In this document: positions 19,448-28,782 of the stretch, piece by piece
How positions within the stretch are numbered: the first letter of the stretch is position 1
Layout of the letters: each line of letters begins with the position of its first letter
Source of the DNA: a virus
Lineage: Duplodnaviria > Caudoviricetes
Reading direction: 5' to 3' (one strand)
DNA: 48,617 bases
Virus record (IMG/VR): IMGVR_UViG_3300031820_000007
Location: 1 to 48,617 of that record
Translations under genes and position numbers: made by a program
The notes under the pieces: generated by a model
What the model was told of the DNA's origin: nothing
Seen by the model: only the letters and a program-made list of their open reading frames with translations
Databases searched by the model: none

Positions 19448-19762
19448 GGGAGGTTCCGCTTCATGCGGTTTGACACACGCCACAATCTCCCGCAGCTCGA
19501 TCGATCGGTAGGAGTACCCTTCGACCATAACGTCGAGCCCGGCATGCTTAGAGAAGAGCACCGTATCACCCACTTGACACAGCTCTTGGATGAGGGGATC
19601 GGATCCTACCGCCACCACGGTCCCCTCTGTTGGTTTAGGCTCGTTAGCCTCATCAAGCACGACCGAGATACCGGCTGCATTCGCGCGGGCTTCAAGGTCG
19701 GACGTAGCTGGTATAAGCTTAACGAAGACACGTGCACCGATCGGTACGATACGTAGTGGCAT
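19403..19762 (-). CDS. groES: GroES-like co-chaperonin
   Basis: PIGARVFVK, GTVVAVG and VGDTVLFSKHAG motifs. Confidence 0.85.
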   Translation of the reverse strand: MPLRIVPIGARVFVKLIPATSDLEARANAAGISVVLDEANEPKPTEGTVVAVGSDPLIQELCQVGDTVLFSKHAGLDVMVEGYSYRSIELREIVACVKPHEAEPPSVPARIEDSNEGIT

Positions 19763-20031
19763 CACCTCGCTCCATTCCACATAATCGGTTCCACACCTTT
19801 GATGACCGAGTTCGGTCCGTCGTACGCCATCTTGTCAGCGGTCAGCACGACGAAGTCGATGAGGCCTTCCACTGACTTTAACTGCACGTAGGATTCCACG
19901 CCGACGTAGGCCACCGTGCGGCCGTCTTCGGGCTCGAAAAGCGTTTCAGACCTCCCCACGATCCGCACCACCCTCCACGCGGATCCTTTATGCGTGATAA
20001 CACTTCCTATAACGTAAGTAGATTCTGACAT
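19762..20031 (-). CDS. Hypothetical protein
   Basis: AAGGAG RBS; TGATG coupling to groES. Confidence 0.6.
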   Translation of the reverse strand: MSESTYVIGSVITHKGSAWRVVRIVGRSETLFEPEDGRTVAYVGVESYVQLKSVEGLIDFVVLTADKMAYDGPNSVIKGVEPIMWNGAR

Positions 20032-20678
20032 GCGTCGTCTATCTCCTTTAGTTTAATCTCCCATTGATCGATATTCTCCGCGTTAAACGGGCACGAGGAG
20101 TCAACCGATTCCACACCTGCTTGCACAAGGAAGGGGAGTTCAGGTATGTAACCATTCACCATGCCTAAGGCATGCACCTTCAACCTCGGGAACTTGTCTC
20201 TGATATACTCTGCATAGAACACACGAGCGAGTGGCATCTTGAAGACGTCCGTCACCATATTCCGCGGAAGACCAATCCAGGAGACGCGGGGGTCTTCCGC
20301 ACCTGCGTGCAGGGCTTTCAGCCAGCCTTCCTTGTCTCTTGGCTCTGCTTGAGGTACATACATCCACTCGACTTGTGGGAAGTTTACCATTTCGAGAAAA
20401 CCGAGCGAAAGGTTCGCTGACCTACGCCAGGGCCCAAGGATAAGGTCGGGTAGCACCGCTATCTTTGGGTGTATCATAGCTAACGTTCTAGTATACTCAG
20501 CTACGGTTAAACACCCTTCGTACGCCCCGTTATCAAGTATAACCATTATGTCCTCGGGACGATCTTGATACAGCTGTAACATCCCTTCATCAAACTCCTG
20601 CGCAAGCGCGAACCATGTCTTCCTACTCTTCAAAACTTGGCTCAGAATCTTTACCGGCGGTATCGGACAGAAGTTCAT
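20007..20678 (-). CDS. dpdA: Short TGT-fold, DpdA-like 7-deazaguanine transglycosylase
   Basis: ILDNGAYE, VLPD, VPQ, IGLP, VHALG and SVDSS motifs in TGT order; genome also has folE, queD, queE and queC. Confidence 0.7.
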   Translation of the reverse strand: MNFCPIPPVKILSQVLKSRKTWFALAQEFDEGMLQLYQDRPEDIMVILDNGAYEGCLTVAEYTRTLAMIHPKIAVLPDLILGPWRRSANLSLGFLEMVNFPQVEWMYVPQAEPRDKEGWLKALHAGAEDPRVSWIGLPRNMVTDVFKMPLARVFYAEYIRDKFPRLKVHALGMVNGYIPELPFLVQAGVESVDSSCPFNAENIDQWEIKLKEIDDACQNLLTL

Positions 20679-21051
20679 CGTTAGTCCTTTCGTTTGCGAA
20701 TTTACCGTCTACAGGGTGACCTTTAACCTTGCGGCGATAGTGCATCACGTATGTGGGGTTCGTCCTCATCACGCGGCCGATCTCTTGTAGCGTGGTGCTG
20801 AAGACCCACCGTTGATCTAGCAGGTGGAGGAAGTAGTGTTTCTTCGGAAACGCTTGCGCGCCCCCTTGCTGCCGCACCTGTATGTTATTCTTGTGCAGCT
20901 GGCGTCGGATCCCCACGGGTGACACCCCAATTCGCCGTCCAATCTCCTGCACGCTTAACTTCTGTACGTTGTATAGATCCTCCAGCATCGCGTGTAGGTC
21001 CACGTACCCCATAAACGCGCATATCCCTTCCCAGTCAGTGTAACCGCTCAC
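20623..21051 (-). CDS. HTH DNA-binding protein
   Basis: Two HTH-like segments: LSVQEIGRRIGVSPVGIRRQL and TLQEIGRVMRTNPTYV. Confidence 0.7.
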   Translation of the reverse strand: MSGYTDWEGICAFMGYVDLHAMLEDLYNVQKLSVQEIGRRIGVSPVGIRRQLHKNNIQVRQQGGAQAFPKKHYFLHLLDQRWVFSTTLQEIGRVMRTNPTYVMHYRRKVKGHPVDGKFANERTNDELLSDTAGKDSEPSFEE

Positions 21052-22478
21052 AGGTCTTCCTCCTTCGGTTCCTTCACCTGATACACGTGCATGAAGCGGT
21101 CTACAAGCTCCGTTATCTGCTCCGCTTCCTTAAGACTATTCATCACGTCGCGTACCTGCTTCGCGTTGAACTTCCACTGGAGCCGGCGGACCAACTTCGC
21201 GTGGTCGATGATCCCACCTGCTTGGCGTATTGTATGTAGCACGAGGTCTTGATCCGTGCCGCTTGTAGTCTTAAACATCTTCCGCAGCATGGGGGGGATA
21301 AACTGCTCGATCCAATCCATCAGCGCGATCGCCTGGTTGAAACACTTAACGCACAAGTGCAGATCGTTGCAGTCCGCTAGATGCATACATATCGCAATCC
21401 GCTTGATGTGATCGGGCTTGCGTTGATAATACGTAACGAGTAGCTCGTGCTCCGCGCTTTCCGACACCTGCTTATGATACGCGTACCACTCTTGATACCT
21501 CTGCATGCACGCGGGCTCCATCACGATAGGTCCCGTAAGCTCATGTACACGAGCCAGATCGGCCACAAGCGCAGTTCGTATAAATGTATTTCCAGGCTGC
21601 GGGATGGGCTCGATCCGTGGAGATGATTCTTGAGCCACGAGTAAATTTCGTGCGATAAACCCTCCGCCAACAACGTCCTCAGAAGTATTGGATATAAACC
21701 AGTCGAGTGTGCTACACATAAGTGAACTGACTGCAACGTCACGGAGGTGGGTCTTACCCCGTCCAACGGTCTCACTAGCCCACACATCCGGACAGTCCAT
21801 GAAGCGGGTGATGAGAGGGACAATCCCCTCCATATAACGCTGCCGCCCGAGGAAGACAGCCATCTCAGGTGCATAGATCAACCCCTGCGCCATGTCCTTC
21901 ATCGCTTCCACAAGCTGCTCCGGTGTCAGTTTCTCCGAGTAGATCTTCGTCAGCTCTAGCTCCGTAAGCATCCCCACGATGATATTTGTCGCGCTAGTTT
22001 TCTTAATCCCGCTTGGACCGAGGATAATAACACCAAGGTTTGGGAAAACTCGGTAGTAACCCATATCAAACCATACGCGACGATTGACAATAGCCCCCAC
22101 ACCAACCAGAGCGCTAAAAACGTGGTAAGCAAGAGGGGCCTCGCTGTGGTTAGTATAGTCAGCATAACGAGCGAGGAAGCCCGACGTAGGCAATAACGCC
22201 CAAAGCTCATCTTCGATCGCCCTTGCCGACCTGTGCCCGTTGAGTCCAAGTGCGGTCTCCGTCCCGCCAGCTACAGCGTGGAGGAGTTCGGCCTCCTCTA
22301 TATCAAACGCTCGACAGATCAAGGCTTTGAATTCAGCACGGCTGTCCTCCGCCAGGTTGCCGGGAAAGTTGCGTATCCAGCCCACGGCTTTCTCGAAGAG
22401 TTCGGTGCGCTTGTCATACGGGCCGCTCTCCAGCAGACGCCTGAAGAGTTCCAGTTGTTCGAGTGCGTTGAGTGCCAT
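21048..22478 (-). CDS. DUF3987-type P-loop helicase (replication)
   Basis: SEAPLAYH, GPSGIKKTSA (Walker A-like), TPEQL, GGGFIAR and a winged-helix-like C-terminus; directly follows polA. Confidence 0.75.
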   Translation of the reverse strand: MALNALEQLELFRRLLESGPYDKRTELFEKAVGWIRNFPGNLAEDSRAEFKALICRAFDIEEAELLHAVAGGTETALGLNGHRSARAIEDELWALLPTSGFLARYADYTNHSEAPLAYHVFSALVGVGAIVNRRVWFDMGYYRVFPNLGVIILGPSGIKKTSATNIIVGMLTELELTKIYSEKLTPEQLVEAMKDMAQGLIYAPEMAVFLGRQRYMEGIVPLITRFMDCPDVWASETVGRGKTHLRDVAVSSLMCSTLDWFISNTSEDVVGGGFIARNLLVAQESSPRIEPIPQPGNTFIRTALVADLARVHELTGPIVMEPACMQRYQEWYAYHKQVSESAEHELLVTYYQRKPDHIKRIAICMHLADCNDLHLCVKCFNQAIALMDWIEQFIPPMLRKMFKTTSGTDQDLVLHTIRQAGGIIDHAKLVRRLQWKFNAKQVRDVMNSLKEAEQITELVDRFMHVYQVKEPKEEDL

Positions 22479-24903
22479 ATTGGGCTATCCAGTCTTCGTA
22501 GGGGACTACGTCGCCCCAGTTTGGCATTCCGGTAGAGGAAGTCTCTTTCGTGCCGAGCTTGATCGTGCAGGGGATCCAGTAGTTCTTCATCTGCGGGATG
22601 GGAGCTTCCATCGTGTCACGCACGTACTCGACGCATCCATGCATGAGCCGACGAGGGCAAGAGATGGCGACAGAGTCGTGGACAGTAAGAAGTAAGCGCG
22701 CAGAGAAGTCACGTAGTCCCCTGTGTAGAGGTAGTAATGCACGGGTACGCAAGATATCAGCGCCGTTAGTCTGGCCAGTAAACGCAAGTATCTCATTATG
22801 GCTCATCCTTGGGTTTGGGAATCGACGAATGCGTCCAAAGAAATCTTGAAGGTAACCAGTCCGGGTAGCTTGGAGCGTAAGCTCAGTATGATGGGGTCGG
22901 ACGCGAGGATGCTCACGATGGAATTCGTTGTAGATTCGCTCAGCCTGCGAGTGGGGTACCCCCAGTCCTGACCTGAGCGAGGGCACGCCACGACCGTACA
23001 GCATCCCCAGCGGAGCTGATTTGGCGACAAGGAGTTCCCAGGCGGGGATGTCCTTTCGTCGGTACCATTTCTTGGGGGGTTTACCCTCTTCGAAGAAGGG
23101 CTTCTTGAAGATCTCTTTGTAGAAGAGTCCATAGATATACTCACCTTTCCGTCGGCTTTCTAAGATCGCTTCGTCCTGACACGCGTAGCCGTAGATGTAG
23201 AATTCGAGTGCGTCGAAGTCCGCCGAGATGATGACGTCGTTATCGGGATCATCGGGGATGATGATAGTTCGCGGCAGAACCGTAATGCCGCCTGCCTCAA
23301 GTTCTTCTGGGATATTCTGAAGATCTGGTTCCTTAGCTTGAATACGACCTCCTCTTTGATCCATGTATCTTGCATGAGCGCGTCCGTCAGAAGAGTAGAT
23401 ATGAGTGAAGTCAGCTGCTTTCTTAAGTTTTCGCATGAAGAGCACAAGCCCCGCCAGCTGGGATTTGTGTGCATCTCGGTACAGCTCCAGCACTTCTTCA
23501 TCGCAGCACTCCGTTCGTTTACGCGACTTGTCCTTAGCGATCCGCATTTTGTACTGCACGGGGAGACCGAGTTTCTTGAACATGACGATGAGCTGTTGAG
23601 GAGACGTCCACGAGATCAACGGCATCTTGGCGTTCCAGAACTCTTCGTACTTTTGCAAGAGCTTATAGCACGTCAGCTCGATCTTCTGCGCCTGTCTCAC
23701 ATCGCAGTTGACGCCCACGTGTTCCATCTCGGACATGACTTGCACAAGCGGCATTTCGGACGTCCAGAAGAGTTCTAGGAGACCTAACTGCGTCATCTCC
23801 TTCACCGCGTTACGGCCCGCCTCCAGCACCCCCCATGTATCACGTGCGTTGTACAGGTCGGGCTGGCTGAACTGCAAGTTCTTGTGGTAAGGCAAATCCG
23901 TAAACCAAGAAAGAGCAGTCGCTAAATCATGTCGTTGTGCGTCAGGGTAAATTAAGTAGAAACTTTTCATCACGTCAAAGGCTTCAACACTCTCCATGTC
24001 GAAAATCTTGCCGAGATGGTAGCCGTCAAATCCCCAGTTGTAAGTGTAGCAACGGAGTCTTGGATCTCTACGTTGAAATAACGGCGCAAGGAGTCCGACC
24101 ATATCCGCAGGGACCCCGAGACATGAACCGGGCCGATGGGAGATCCCGACGACTGTAATCTTATGTGTGTCCTCTGCCACTCTTTCTTCCTCGTCAGCCT
24201 CAGCGTAGGTAGTTTCAATGTCAAGTCCAAATTCACCTGCGCGGATACATTCTTGAACGTACTTTTGGACTTCCTCACCGCTTGGGCTATACGAGTACAC
24301 GTCCTCATGTGTTAGTCCTTCCCCTTCGGCAAATCGACGAGCTCGATCAAGATCGCGTTCGAAAAATAGGATATCTTTAAGTCCCTGCCGGAGTAAGAAG
24401 GCGGGGTGTACAGCAGGGATAAGTCGCCGTCGACTTCCAAGCGGATATGGGCATCCACGGAGCCAGACGTTAGGATCAGGGGGCTTTTTGTGCCCCTTCC
24501 GCATAGGGCTCTGAGTAAGAAGTTTCTTGCGCGTGAAAGCATGGAACGCTTCACCTCCTAGCGTTAGGATTGTATCGTGTAGCTCCAGCATATCGAGTTC
24601 TTTGTGCATGAGCGGAGCGCAGCAGGAAACGGCGCCCGCGGGGATGGGGCGGCCGGGTTCGACGAAGCATTTAACAACGTTAGTTGTATACCTACGGTCG
24701 CGGCCTGGACCACCCACTTTACGCATCGTGCTTTCAAGGAGGTAGCCTGACTTCCCGGAGAAGGGTTCCCCCAGTGCGATCTCGTCTTGTGCAGGAGCCA
24801 TACCGATCACTACGAGGCGTGCGTTGGGGCTCCCTACACCCCACACGACGCCGGGAGCGTTACGGAGCGGGCACTTATGGCAAAGCGGGCCTGGTTTACT
24901 CAT
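22414..24903 (-). CDS. polA: Family A DNA polymerase with N-terminal family-4 uracil-DNA glycosylase and 3'-5' exonuclease domains
   Basis: UDG: CHKCPL, GMAPAQDE, PFSGKSG, NVVKC, HPAFLLR. Exo: DIET, YNWGFD, YNARD. Pol: DLQNIP, ADFDALE, AKSAPLGMLYG, VHDS. Confidence 0.9.
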   Translation of the reverse strand: MSKPGPLCHKCPLRNAPGVVWGVGSPNARLVVIGMAPAQDEIALGEPFSGKSGYLLESTMRKVGGPGRDRRYTTNVVKCFVEPGRPIPAGAVSCCAPLMHKELDMLELHDTILTLGGEAFHAFTRKKLLTQSPMRKGHKKPPDPNVWLRGCPYPLGSRRRLIPAVHPAFLLRQGLKDILFFERDLDRARRFAEGEGLTHEDVYSYSPSGEEVQKYVQECIRAGEFGLDIETTYAEADEEERVAEDTHKITVVGISHRPGSCLGVPADMVGLLAPLFQRRDPRLRCYTYNWGFDGYHLGKIFDMESVEAFDVMKSFYLIYPDAQRHDLATALSWFTDLPYHKNLQFSQPDLYNARDTWGVLEAGRNAVKEMTQLGLLELFWTSEMPLVQVMSEMEHVGVNCDVRQAQKIELTCYKLLQKYEEFWNAKMPLISWTSPQQLIVMFKKLGLPVQYKMRIAKDKSRKRTECCDEEVLELYRDAHKSQLAGLVLFMRKLKKAADFTHIYSSDGRAHARYMDQRGGRIQAKEPDLQNIPEELEAGGITVLPRTIIIPDDPDNDVIISADFDALEFYIYGYACQDEAILESRRKGEYIYGLFYKEIFKKPFFEEGKPPKKWYRRKDIPAWELLVAKSAPLGMLYGRGVPSLRSGLGVPHSQAERIYNEFHREHPRVRPHHTELTLQATRTGYLQDFFGRIRRFPNPRMSHNEILAFTGQTNGADILRTRALLPLHRGLRDFSARLLLTVHDSVAISCPRRLMHGCVEYVRDTMEAPIPQMKNYWIPCTIKLGTKETSSTGMPNWGDVVPYEDWIAQYGTQRTRTTGTLQASAGERPV

Positions 24904-25231
24904 GCATAACCTTTAACTTATGCACTTGATGTATCGCCGTTGTAGGCGGCTTATATCGATTTCCAGTAGCATTGTGAAACTCATCCGCTAGCATTCCCTC
25001 TGCGTGCTCCGTGTCGATGAAGTTATACGTTTCATCCGTAAATGCTGTATTATCTACAACTATGTGTACAGCAACTTTATTACCGTTACGTATGTATTCA
25101 ACTGTTAATTTAATCATCTTCGTCCTCGTTGTTCGGTCCTGGGAGTTCATCCTCCCACGCTTCCGTATCTCCACCGTTGTCGTCCTCTTGCTCGTCAAGC
25201 GTCGGCATATGCCCGAGTATACGTATCCCAT
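24896..25231 (-). CDS. Hypothetical protein (start uncertain)
   Basis: ORF in the - strand operon overlapping the polA start. Confidence 0.45.
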   Translation of the reverse strand: MGYVYSGICRRLTSKRTTTVEIRKRGRMNSQDRTTRTKMIKLTVEYIRNGNKVAVHIVVDNTAFTDETYNFIDTEHAEGMLADEFHNATGNRYKPPTTAIHQVHKLKVMHE

Positions 25232-25287
25232 CTTGTAACGGTTGGGTATTCCAAGCGTTATGTCCTAACGTCTTATTCGCTAGCTCG

Positions 25288-25860
25288 TTATCGTCTGGCG
25301 AGAACGAAAAATCTTTCTTCCAACGCAGGATCCTCTTTGAATACCCCTGAGAGTCGATATGTTGTGAATCGCCCATCGGATCGTATCCCCCTTACTTTCG
25401 TACACCCATGCTGTCCGTCGATGAGACAGGCTGCGCCACGGATCCCTGGACACAGCTCTTCAAGCCTGCTAAGTACCTCTACCGTAAATCTCTCTTGCAG
25501 CATAGGTCCGGTATTAACCTCATCACATATCCTAGCAAGTTTGCTAAGGCCCAGAACATGGCCGTTAGGGATGTAAGCAAGAGAAATGTGAAGCTCAACA
25601 GGTAGCAAGTGATGCGGACATAGTCCATACAGCGTATGTCCTTTCAGTAGGATGAAGTCCGTGAACTCTTCCTCAAACGTCGCCCACTCCCTCTCCTTCG
25701 GCCCGAACATCTCCATATACATGCGTGCAACGCGCTCGGGTGTTTCCAGATAGTTGTGATCCTTGAGGTCTACACCAAGGCCTTCTAACAGCAGCTCCAC
25801 CGCACGCTCTATCTTCCCTTCATCGATCCGCTTTCTAGTCCTTGGCGTAGTTAATGGCAC
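25288..25860 (-). CDS. folE: GTP cyclohydrolase I
   Basis: ETPERVAR, CPHHLLP, GLSKLAR, LQER and HGC..RG motifs; GTG 25860 after GAGGAGG. Confidence 0.92.
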   Translation of the reverse strand: MPLTTPRTRKRIDEGKIERAVELLLEGLGVDLKDHNYLETPERVARMYMEMFGPKEREWATFEEEFTDFILLKGHTLYGLCPHHLLPVELHISLAYIPNGHVLGLSKLARICDEVNTGPMLQERFTVEVLSRLEELCPGIRGAACLIDGQHGCTKVRGIRSDGRFTTYRLSGVFKEDPALEERFFVLARR

Positions 25861-26221
25861 GTTCGAGTTCCTCCTCATGTAGGATCATCGCAAGGATCGC
25901 GTACACCGCGATGTCCTTAAATGAATCATGTACTCCCTCGTTATATAGTATCCCCTTCAACGCGTACGCTTGCACGCGCTTGACTTTGTCTTGGAGTCTT
26001 ATCATCACACCGATCCACGGCGGCACACCGAAGTCCGCGGCAGCTCGCAGGTTGTAAAACGGATCGCGGTTGAGGCCGTAATCAGCCTGCTTACGGTCGT
26101 GCAGCTCGCCCAGTTCCGTCAGGATCTCATGCAAGCGTTGTGAATCGGGATGCCTAATTGGGTTCCCCTGGTTTAACTGGGCGCCCTGTCGGTCCGAAGA
26201 TCTTCCACTCTGGTTTCTCAT
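25835..26221 (-). CDS. Nucleotide modification-associated domain 1 (Nmad1/DUF1599, MazG-like all-alpha)
   Basis: RKQADYG...IRLQDKVKR...EGVHDSFKDIAVYAI. Confidence 0.8.
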   Translation of the reverse strand: MRNQSGRSSDRQGAQLNQGNPIRHPDSQRLHEILTELGELHDRKQADYGLNRDPFYNLRAAADFGVPPWIGVMIRLQDKVKRVQAYALKGILYNEGVHDSFKDIAVYAILAMILHEEELERAINYAKD

Positions 26222-26474
26222 CTCGTTCCCCACCCTCCTTGAGTTTAGATAGTTCTTTCCGTAGGTTGTCGAACTCGATCATGGCGCCTGTCTTGTTATC
26301 GGGAAAGTGCAGACGTTGACACACACCATCCACGGTTCTGAACTGCCCCATGTCCCAACACTGCGTTGTGCCGTTGTAATGGATACCGAGGAAGATGATC
26401 CACCGACCGGAGTTAGATGTCCATTTCTTAATCACGATGACGTTGTACTTGTCAGGTTTGAATGCGATGCTCAC
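26154..26474 (-). CDS. Hypothetical protein
   Basis: GGAG RBS; overlaps both neighbours. Confidence 0.55.
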   Translation of the reverse strand: MSIAFKPDKYNVIVIKKWTSNSGRWIIFLGIHYNGTTQCWDMGQFRTVDGVCQRLHFPDNKTGAMIEFDNLRKELSKLKEGGERDEKPEWKIFGPTGRPVKPGEPN

Positions 26475-26587
26475 TTCTTGTATCTCCAGTCGTCCTGATG
26501 TGCTAACATATATATCGCGAAGCCTAAAGCGAATAGGATAACGAACGCTTCTATAGCGTACGCGAGGTATGCTAGTAACGGTGTCAT
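26471..26587 (-). CDS. 38-aa membrane peptide (not in ORF track)
   Basis: MTPLLAYLAYAIEAFVILFALGFAIYMLAHQDDWRYKK; ATGA and GTGA overlaps on both sides. Confidence 0.6.
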   Translation of the reverse strand: MTPLLAYLAYAIEAFVILFALGFAIYMLAHQDDWRYKK

Positions 26588-27328
26588 CGAAGCCCCAGTT
26601 GCTTATGCTGTTGGATCGATAAGCGCCAGTGCGGGCGTGCGCGCAAGATGTCTAAACACAAACGAAAGTTTTCATAGTTGATCGCTAACTCATCATTGAT
26701 CGGTTGTACAAACACACGGAAGTGTTCTTCCACCGCGGCTGGCACGCGTTCAAGATCGAACTCCGCGTCAACCAGCAACTTGATCTCGTTCGCGGTGTGC
26801 ATCATGAACTCGGTCGCGCCGAGTTTAGGGCTGACTGACACCCATATGAACTCTCGGATGTCGTCGGGTAGATCGATCGTCCCGGACGTCTCCACGTGGA
26901 TCTGCTTCCCACGCAGTTCTGCATGCTCGACCAGAGCCCGCACCTTTTCTATGTGAACGAGTGGTTCCCCTCCCGTAAGGCATATACGGTCTTCCCACGT
27001 GGCGTCGAGTACCTGTTGTACGCTCCGTATCTCGTGTCGGTTGAAATCCGTATCACACCAGAACGGGCGGCCGTCGTATGTGTGGCAGAGCCAAGCAGCT
27101 GTACCTGTTTTAAGTGTGGGAGCGACTTGTACAGGTTCACTTATGAAGTGCGTTAGCTCGCCGCCTACCTGACCGTGTAATCCTTGGAGCTGAACGGTAC
27201 CTACGGGCTTCCCCACGCTACAGCCCGCCAGCCGTACAAAATGCATCGGTGTTCCTACCCATTGACCTTCACCTTTGTAACGAATGAAAGTCCTCGGCTA
27301 TCGATAAGTTCATATCGATGTCGTTCAT
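26584..27328 (-). CDS. queE: 7-carboxy-7-deazaguanine synthase (radical SAM), interrupted by a +1 frameshift near 27275
   Basis: ATG 27328 after AAGGAG reads IAEDFHSLQ, then AGG TGA. The +1 frame continues GEGQWVGTPMHFVRLAGC...CDTD...LTGGEP...VETSG...SVSPK...LSIQQHK. Confidence 0.85.
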
Positions 27329-27651
27329 TCGGATCTCCTTTCGGGAGGTCTTGTAATAATCCCACCTCCAACGATTGGTGCATCGAGTTTCCTCCTGTCG
27401 TTAGCGTGATACAATTGGTGACATACTTGGTGACACGGTTGAACGTTGTAACGGTAGTTATCCTCCCTGTTGTGGTTACGATGATGCGCGGTGAGCTTGA
27501 CTTTTACGGGAGGATGCCTTCGATGCCCGAACGTTATATCAGGCGGGCGCTCGATGAGCGGCTTCTTACAGAAGAAACAAGCGATATCGGGGAGGAGAAG
27601 GTACGCCATCTCCCTAAGCATTTGGAGCTCCGCCTTGGTTTGTTTCTGCAT
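27325..27651 (-). CDS. HNH endonuclease
   Basis: CFFC...AHHRNHNREDN...NVQPCHQVCHQLYH; GAGGA RBS before ATG 27651. Confidence 0.8.
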   Translation of the reverse strand: MQKQTKAELQMLREMAYLLLPDIACFFCKKPLIERPPDITFGHRRHPPVKVKLTAHHRNHNREDNYRYNVQPCHQVCHQLYHANDRRKLDAPIVGGGIITRPPERRSE

Positions 27652-28168
27652 CGTATTCCTCTCGTGTAAGTGTGGCCATCGAGGTACACGTTTCTTCGAT
27701 AGAGATCTTGGACCACCAGGAGATACGCTTAACCTGTTTCTGACCTGGAAACGCTTCCTCAATTATCATTCCTGGTCGTAGATCGGGACGTATCTCTAAC
27801 CCTTTACCTAAGATGTAGAGTCCAAGGATATCAATACCAGGATTTAACTGCCCCGCGATCCACCATACGAGGTTCTCAGATGTCGGATAGAAGTCTACAG
27901 GGAGACCCGTCACCATATGACGCTCCAGCGGAGGCTGCGTTAGCATGAAGTCCCATGTACCAAGATGATGGTGGTCTAGGCGCTCTACAAGCGGTTTGAC
28001 GACGTTAGATATCTCCGCGAAGTCCTGGACGAAACCCGTTTTAGGGTTGATCTTACCCTCTACACTTACATGCAGGACCCACGAGTGACCGTGGAGTCTG
28101 CTGCACTTCCCCACGTGTTTAGGCAGCACATGACTTGCCTCGAAGCGAAAGGTCTTACGTAGTTCCAT
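27614..28168 (-). CDS. queD: 6-carboxytetrahydropterin synthase
   Basis: FEASH.L, CSRLHGHSW, LDHHHL, PTSENL and EET motifs; extended region before the last strands. Confidence 0.9.
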   Translation of the reverse strand: MELRKTFRFEASHVLPKHVGKCSRLHGHSWVLHVSVEGKINPKTGFVQDFAEISNVVKPLVERLDHHHLGTWDFMLTQPPLERHMVTGLPVDFYPTSENLVWWIAGQLNPGIDILGLYILGKGLEIRPDLRPGMIIEEAFPGQKQVKRISWWSKISIEETCTSMATLTREEYDAETNQGGAPNA

Positions 28169-28361
28169 TCGCGCGCTCCTTCACAACGTCGTTGATCATC
28201 TTGACGATAGGTGGGCCGAGGGACACCAGCAATGCGATTAGACCGTCGAGCCCGTAACTCGTCATTGGCTCCACCCTCCCCAACGCGATGGCCAGCGTTA
28301 AGATACCGATGATGATAAGGTAGAGATACGCGAAGATAGCTCGTGGATCGTACCAGCTCAT
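28155..28361 (-). CDS. Small two-TM membrane protein
   Basis: Two hydrophobic segments; AAGGAG RBS. Confidence 0.6.
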   Translation of the reverse strand: MSWYDPRAIFAYLYLIIIGILTLAIALGRVEPMTSYGLDGLIALLVSLGPPIVKMINDVVKERANGTT

Positions 28362-28648
28362 CGTTCGCTCCTTGCTTCAGGGGGCGCGACCGCGAGGCGG
28401 TTGGCTTCGACGCGGGATTGCAGTCTCTCGATCATATTATTGCCCTGGCCTACCGCATCATTCGTAATGGCAAGACAGACCTCCGACTCTCGCAGCCGGA
28501 CCGCGGCCTCCCGCTTCTCGTTCGGCACGACGGTGAGGGCGTCGATGGTGTCGAGTAGGTCTACAACATCTTCAAAACGGGAGTCTCGTCTAGCTTTGTC
28601 TAGAAGATAGCCTCTCCGCCTTTCAATCTGTTCCGGTGTCAATCGCAT
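28358..28648 (-). CDS. Hypothetical protein
   Basis: Coiled-coil-like ORF with overlap coupling. Confidence 0.55.
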   Translation of the reverse strand: MRLTPEQIERRRGYLLDKARRDSRFEDVVDLLDTIDALTVVPNEKREAAVRLRESEVCLAITNDAVGQGNNMIERLQSRVEANRLAVAPPEARSER

Positions 28649-28782
28649 CTAACCCTTCCTCGTCCGTTGGCAGTGTCCATGACTTCGACTTCATGGCTTC
28701 CTCCTCCGCTCCTTCCTCCTAAGGTGGGACTCGATGGCTAGCACCGAGCCCACCCATACGAGCATAAATAGGAGGCTGAACA

